NCBI GenBank assembly: GCA_041568335.1
Contig: JBFFZZ010000001.1
Location: 1-47,208, forward strand
Origin: Candidatus Polarisedimenticolaceae bacterium
Lineage (GTDB): Bacteria; Acidobacteriota; Polarisedimenticolia; Polarisedimenticolales; Polarisedimenticolaceae
Direction: 5' to 3'
Length of the DNA: 47,208 nucleotides
A program made the position numbers and the translations under genes. Position 1 is the first letter of the stretch. Each line of letters begins with the position of its first letter. The notes below the pieces were generated by a model that was given only the letters and a program-made list of their open reading frames with translations, searched no databases and was not told where the DNA came from. Of this stretch, positions 42,978 to 47,208 are shown piece after piece.

Positions 42978-43469
42978 CTAGGCCCAGGGCGGCGGATCGA
43001 TCGGCTTGATTTCTTCCGCATCGAGCCAGTTCTGCATGTGCTCGTGCAGTCGGTCGGAGCGGTAGAGGTACCAGACGTCGCGGGCCTCATCGGCCCCACG
43101 CAGGAACAGGTTGAGCTCTTCGGCCGCGTTGTCCGATTCGAACGCTTCCTTGAGCTTGGCGTTGGTCTCCGTGTCCAGACCGTTGTCCTTCTCGGCGAGG
43201 AAGGCCTCCATCCAGCCCAGCTTCGTCTCGGTGGTCACCGGCTTGACGTAGGCTCGGGTGGTGTCGTTGGCGGTTGCGGGCTGGGTGGCGGCGGCGAGGG
43301 TGTTCGCGGAGAAATCGTCATCGTCGTCTTCGAAATCGTCGTCTTCGCCCTCACCCTCGATGAGCACCCTGCCGGTAACGAGGTCCAGGTAGTAGACGAT
43401 TTCCTCGTCGTGGTTGGTGAAGGCAACCTCGAGCTCGTCCCAGTCGACCCTGATCGGTTTGTGTTTCAT
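42978..43469 (-). CDS. Small, highly acidic cytoplasmic protein of unknown function (possibly UPF0158-like).
   Basis: 163 aa, no signal peptide, an acidic run EGEGEDDDFEDDDDDF, C-terminal WYLYRSDRLHEHMQNWL. The family assignment is from memory only. Confidence 0.4.
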   Translation of the reverse strand: MKHKPIRVDWDELEVAFTNHDEEIVYYLDLVTGRVLIEGEGEDDDFEDDDDDFSANTLAAATQPATANDTTRAYVKPVTTETKLGWMEAFLAEKDNGLDTETNAKLKEAFESDNAAEELNLFLRGADEARDVWYLYRSDRLHEHMQNWLDAEEIKPIDPPPWA

Positions 43470-43520
43470 TGGACTAGACTTCGCGACCGAAGCGAATTTA
43501 ACCCCGGTTGCGGGCGCAAA

Positions 43521-44666
43521 TCAAGCTCCCTCATCGAGCACCACCCGCGGCAACCGGGGGTGAATACGGGCCACGATCTCATACCCGATCGTGCCGGCCC
43601 ACGCGGCCATCTGCTCGGCCGTGATCGATTCGTCGCCCTGGGAACCCAGCAGGACCACCTCGTCCTCGAGCCCGACACCGGGAACATCGGTCACATCCGC
43701 GAGGCAGATGTTCATGCAGACCCGGCCGCGAATCGGCGCCCGGCGGCCGCCGACCAGCACGTGCGCGACGTTCGACAGACCGCGGTCGTAGCCCTCGGCG
43801 TAGCCCACGGGCAGCACCGCGAGCCGCGTGGGTCGCGTCGATTTCCAGCTGCAACCGTACCCGACGAACGTACCCTCGGCGACCTCCTTGACCTGCGCGA
43901 CGCGCGTCTTCCACGTCAACGCGGGTCGCAGGTCGACGAGCTCCTTGCCGCGCTCCACGCACGACAGGCGCGTCTCCTTCGAGGGCCACAGACCGTACAT
44001 CGAGATCCCGAGCCGGACGAGATCGAGGTGCGTGCGGGAGAAAAGCAGCGTGGCCGCGGAGCAGGCCGAGTGTCGCAGCTTCGGCGCACAGCCGGCAGCT
44101 CGAAAGGCCTCGGTGATTCGATCAAAGGTCTCGATCTGGTGCTCCGCGTACTCGTGGTTCGTGGTGTCCTCGATGTTGGCGAAGTGCGTGCTGAGACCCT
44201 CGAGGGTGACACCGCGGGCGGCGCGGATCCTCTCGGCGAACCTGGGCACGTCGCTTTCGAGGATCCCCTGGCGATTCGTTCCGGTCTCGACCTTGAGATG
44301 CAACGGCACCGGTCTTTCGTGCTCGACACCGAGCTCGTCCAACCGTTCGATGGTCTCCAGGTTGTAGACCACCGGGCGTAATCCCTGATGCACGACGTCA
44401 TCGAGCGCCGCGAGCGGGACGTACCCCATGATGAGGATCTCCTGGCGATGCCCGGCCGCTCGCAGTGTCCGTGCCTCGTCGATGTTGTTGACGCAGAGCC
44501 AGTCGGCTTCGCCGTCGGTGGCGATACGGGCCGTTTCCAGCATCCCGTGGCCGTAGGCGTTGGACTTGACCACGCCACCGAGGATGACCCCCGTGCCGAT
44601 CGCCTGACGGAACCCCTGGAGGTTGTGCCGCAAGGCCGCGGCATCGATCTCGACCCAGTTGAGCAA
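43521..44666 (-). CDS. alr: Alanine racemase.
   Basis: PLP-Lys motif GVVKSNAYGHG and C-terminal blocks VGYGCSW, LPVGYAEGY, GRVCMN. TTG start preceded by GGAAGGAA. Confidence 0.92.
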   Translation of the reverse strand: MLNWVEIDAAALRHNLQGFRQAIGTGVILGGVVKSNAYGHGMLETARIATDGEADWLCVNNIDEARTLRAAGHRQEILIMGYVPLAALDDVVHQGLRPVVYNLETIERLDELGVEHERPVPLHLKVETGTNRQGILESDVPRFAERIRAARGVTLEGLSTHFANIEDTTNHEYAEHQIETFDRITEAFRAAGCAPKLRHSACSAATLLFSRTHLDLVRLGISMYGLWPSKETRLSCVERGKELVDLRPALTWKTRVAQVKEVAEGTFVGYGCSWKSTRPTRLAVLPVGYAEGYDRGLSNVAHVLVGGRRAPIRGRVCMNICLADVTDVPGVGLEDEVVLLGSQGDESITAEQMAAWAGTIGYEIVARIHPRLPRVVLDEGA

Positions 44667-44828
44667 CGGTTCCTTCCCCGGGAAAACGCCGGAAGCGCCA
44701 TCCTACCAGGGTCTCGACCCCGTACCCCGGCGAAAATCGGGGCTATCCGTGCAACCTTTTTAACGGAATCGGCGTCCTAGTGAGCATGGAGGGGGCAATC
44801 CGACCCCGACCGACATTTCGAGGTGCTT

Positions 44829-45935
44829 ATGCGTGGAACCATCCTGAAGGTCGCGGGTGTGCTGTGCTTCCTGGCCTGCGGCGTCGCCCAGGCGGCCGGC
44901 TTTTCCGAGACGAAGACCGTCTCCGGCGATACGTTGACCGTCACCAACCTGATCGGCGAGATTCGTGTGACGGGTCACAACGGCTCCGGCTTCGAGGTCG
45001 TCGTCGACGTCCAGGGCGACGACGCCTCGCGCGAGAACGTCCGGATCGAGACCGGCCGCGACTCGTTGACGGTCGTCTTCCCGAAATCGAAGAAGTTCGT
45101 CTATCCGGCGTTGACGGCGGACGAGATCAGCTTCCGTCCCAACGATGAAGGAAGCTGGATCGGCGCCCTGCTGGGCGGCTCGAAGATCGAGGTCAGCCGT
45201 CGAGGCAACGGCCTGGTAGTCTGGGCCGATGTCGAGATCCGGGTTCCCGATGGCGGCCGGCTGGACCTGAACCAGGGCGTGGGCGCGGTCGTCGCAAAGA
45301 ACGTCGACGGGGACCTCAACCTCGATAGCCATCACGGCAAGGTCTCCCTCGAATCGGTCAACGGCAACGTCCTGGTGGATACCGGCAGCGGCGATGTGAG
45401 CCTGGCGCAGGTGCGCGGCGAGATCAACATCGACACCGGCAGCGGTGACGTGGACGTCAGCGACGTCCAGGGCGACGACGTCCTCATCGACACCGGCAGC
45501 GGACGCGTGACGCTGGTGCGGGTCGCGGCGTCCGGGGATGTCTCGATCGATACCGGCAGCGGAGACATCTCGCTGGACGACGTCTCGGGGGACGGGTTCG
45601 AGATCGATACCGGCAGCGGCGACGTCGACGCCCGCCGCGTCCGCGCCGAGAGCGTCGTGATCGACACCGGCAGCGGCGAGGTCGGCCTGACCCTCGCCGA
45701 GATGGGTCGCGGGCGTTTCGATATCGATACCGGCAGCGGCAGCATCACCCTGACGCTTCCCGCCTCGGCAGGCGCCGAGGTCGAGGCCGAGTCCGGCTCC
45801 GGCGGGGTGCACGTCGACGTCGCGGGCGTCCGTGAGATGCGACGGGAGGATGACGACGAAGTTCGATTCACCGTCGGCGACGGTGGAGCACGGGTGACGC
45901 TGGAGTCCAGCAGCGGCACCATCCGCATCCGGTAA
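44829..45935 (+). CDS. DUF4097-type secreted or lipid-anchored beta-helix protein (putative adhesin fold).
   Basis: Signal/lipobox-like VAGVLCFLACGVAQA. Seven [IV]DTGSG[DE][VI] turns about 19-20 aa apart, as in DUF4097 proteins. The ATG at 44829 lies 6 nt after GAGG (a GTG at 44823 is also possible). Confidence 0.75.
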   Translation: MRGTILKVAGVLCFLACGVAQAAGFSETKTVSGDTLTVTNLIGEIRVTGHNGSGFEVVVDVQGDDASRENVRIETGRDSLTVVFPKSKKFVYPALTADEISFRPNDEGSWIGALLGGSKIEVSRRGNGLVVWADVEIRVPDGGRLDLNQGVGAVVAKNVDGDLNLDSHHGKVSLESVNGNVLVDTGSGDVSLAQVRGEINIDTGSGDVDVSDVQGDDVLIDTGSGRVTLVRVAASGDVSIDTGSGDISLDDVSGDGFEIDTGSGDVDARRVRAESVVIDTGSGEVGLTLAEMGRGRFDIDTGSGSITLTLPASAGAEVEAESGSGGVHVDVAGVREMRREDDDEVRFTVGDGGARVTLESSSGTIRIR

Positions 45936-46006
45936 AGAGCACGTTGGGCTCGACGATTGACATGGCCACGTTTCCGGCACGACTCCGTTGAGGCGCCAAA
46001 GGAGCC

Positions 46007-46036
46007 TTGACCCGAACCCGGGGGACGCCGTCTAAT
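46007..46036 (+). promoter_or_regulatory. Candidate sigma-70 promoter TTGACC-N18-TCTAAT. It would yield a leaderless or near-leaderless mRNA for the 46044 gene.
   Basis: The -35 is 5/6 and the -10 is 5/6 to consensus. The ATG at 46044 starts 7 nt after the -10, and no SD is present in those 7 nt. Confidence 0.4.
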
Positions 46037-46043
46037 CCCTCGC

Positions 46044-46550
46044 ATGTCCGAGCTCGAGCTGGAGATCACCGCGCTGCGGCGGCTCGTCGGCGACTGGGCC
46101 GGGGGTGGCCGCGGTGACTTCCCCACGATCGACGCCTTCCGCTACTCGGAAGCGCTCCGGTTCTACTGGAACGGTGTCGAGCCGATGCTGCAGTTCGAGC
46201 AGCGCACCTGGATGGCGAACGCGTCGGAGCCGCACAAGGAACCGCTGCACTGGGAGGCGGGCTTCTTCCGGGCGTTGCCCGGTCTCGGGGTCGAGATCAC
46301 CAACGCGCAGAACGGGGAGCGCGTGGAGGTGCTGCGGGGCACGATCGAGCCCACCTCGCACGGGTTGATCCTCTCGCTCGAGAGCACGTTGCTCGGCAAC
46401 GACGAGCGGATGATCCGCACCCGGCGGCGCTACGAGTGCGAGGGGGACACGCTGCGCTACCAGATCTGGATGGCGACCACCCGACAACCCGACCTGACCC
46501 TGCACCTCGACGCCCGCCTCACCCGACGGATCGAGGTTTCCGCGTCATAG
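46044..46550 (+). CDS. Nitrobindin/THAP4-like haem-binding beta-barrel protein (DUF1794, FABP-like).
   Basis: 168 aa. The N-terminal L..L.G.W.G.G.G..P.I..F.Y.E pattern and the C-terminal HL.A.L His segment (LTLHLDARL) are typical of this family as I remember it. Confidence 0.6.
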   Translation: MSELELEITALRRLVGDWAGGGRGDFPTIDAFRYSEALRFYWNGVEPMLQFEQRTWMANASEPHKEPLHWEAGFFRALPGLGVEITNAQNGERVEVLRGTIEPTSHGLILSLESTLLGNDERMIRTRRRYECEGDTLRYQIWMATTRQPDLTLHLDARLTRRIEVSAS

Positions 46551-46617
46551 TCCGTCCGGGGTGAATCCCCGCCGCGAACCTTGTAGGATGCTGGGTTTAC
46601 CCCAGGGAGACTCGCGC

Positions 46618-47208
46618 ATGGGCACCATGTTGATCACCGGCGGTGCCGGCTTCATCGGGTCGAATTTCGTCCGCCATGTACTCGCGAACAGCGACGATTC
46701 GATCGTCGTGCTGGACAAGTTGACCTACGCCGGTTGTCTCGAATCGCTCGACGACGTTCGGGACGACGCGCGCTTCACCTTTGTCCACGGCGATATCGGC
46801 GACGAGGTGATCGTCAACGGGCTGCTCCGCGAGCGTGCGGTGGAGCGCATCGTCAACTTCGCCGCCGAGAGCCACGTCGACCGCTCGATCGACTCACCGC
46901 GACCGTTCATCGACACCAATATCGTCGGTGCGTTCACGCTGCTGGACGCCGCGCGACGCTACTACAACGAACTCGACGGCGCGGCCCGCGAACGGTTCCG
47001 TTTCCTCCACGTTTCGACGGACGAGGTCTACGGCAGTCTCGGCGACGACGGCCTGTTCTCCGAAACGACGCCCTACTCGCCCAACTCACCGTACGCCGCC
47101 TCGAAGGCCGCGGCGGACCACCTCGTCAGCGCGTACCACCACACGTTCGGCCTGCCGGTGCTGATCACCAACTGCTCGAACAACTACGGACCGTTCCAGT
47201 TCCCGGAG
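46618..47208 (+). CDS. rfbB: dTDP-glucose 4,6-dehydratase, 5' partial (197 codons, continues beyond the window).
   Basis: It is not in the ORF track because it has no stop in the window. Manual translation: MGTMLITGGAGFIGSNFVRH...FAAESHVDRSI...HVSTDEVYG...YSPNSPYAASKAAADHLV...ITNCSNNYGPFQFPE. It has the GxxGxxG Rossmann motif and the YxxxK catalytic motif. SD GGGAGA lies 7 nt upstream. Confidence 0.93.
   Translation, partial: MGTMLITGGAGFIGSNFVRHVLANSDDSIVVLDKLTYAGCLESLDDVRDDARFTFVHGDIGDEVIVNGLLRERAVERIVNFAAESHVDRSIDSPRPFIDTNIVGAFTLLDAARRYYNELDGAARERFRFLHVSTDEVYGSLGDDGLFSETTPYSPNSPYAASKAAADHLVSAYHHTFGLPVLITNCSNNYGPFQFPE

Noticed and set aside
45957-45962. A perfect TTGACA -35 hexamer after the DUF4097 gene.
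   Set aside because: No acceptable -10 hexamer lies 16-19 nt downstream (cgactc). The TTGACC/TCTAAT pair 50 nt further on is the better candidate.
42963-45980. ORFs 42963..44381 (472 aa, plus), 43916..44701 (261 aa, minus) and 44760..45980 (406 aa, minus).
   Set aside because: They are antisense or alternative frames of the acidic protein, alr and the DUF4097 gene. The alr PLP motif and the DTGSG repeats identify the true frames.

Overview
This is a GC-rich bacterial chromosomal fragment (roughly two-thirds G+C by eye, not computed). It is gene-dense: about 33 protein genes and one tRNA. I saw no transposase, integrase, phage genes or CRISPR array. All family names come from motifs I recognise in the translations; no database search was possible.

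Layout:
- 1-4.9 kb: a giant secreted repeat protein (purple-acid-phosphatase-like metallophosphoesterase, about 16 thrombospondin type-3 repeats, and a 150-bp-phased Cys-rich DGDGYG array). An in-frame TGA at a conserved Cys codon interrupts it, and the frame stays open behind the TGA to the window edge.
- 5.2 kb: tRNA-Trp(CCA).
- 5.3-7.2 kb: a 7-haem cytochrome c / TPR lipoprotein.
- 7.3-8.5 kb: a thiolase.
- 8.5-20.6 kb: a long minus-strand run. It holds an RskA-like membrane protein, an alpha/beta hydrolase, a DUF3810-like protein, a Zn-ADH, an LsrF-like aldolase and an M14 peptidase. It ends with a tightly coupled 4-gene exopolysaccharide module (TPR/beta-barrel exporter, receiver domain, HEAT-repeat protein, GT2 synthase).
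- 20.7-28.1 kb: dprA, a polytopic membrane protein, topA, DUF971 and a GT39-like glycosyltransferase.
- 28.2-42.8 kb: the standout, a ~14.6 kb multihaem-cytochrome island with 52 haem-c motifs. It has three different inner-membrane quinol-interacting modules: a CbcL-like 11-haem c + dihaem b fusion, an ImcH/NapC-like 3-TM 10-haem protein, and a Rieske/cytochrome b6-type complex whose third subunit is an 11-haem anchored cytochrome. It also has a monohaem c, a 990-aa 9-haem protein with N-terminal beta-sandwich domains, and a translationally coupled MtrA-like decahaem + large outer-membrane beta-barrel pair. No MtrC/OmcA-type gene is present. I read it as an unusual hybrid extracellular electron transfer (or Fe(II)/electrode uptake) system.
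- 43-47.2 kb: an acidic small protein, alr, a DUF4097 beta-helix protein, a nitrobindin-like protein and the 5' part of rfbB.

Many long ORFs in the track are antisense or alternative-frame artefacts of the high GC content and were rejected.
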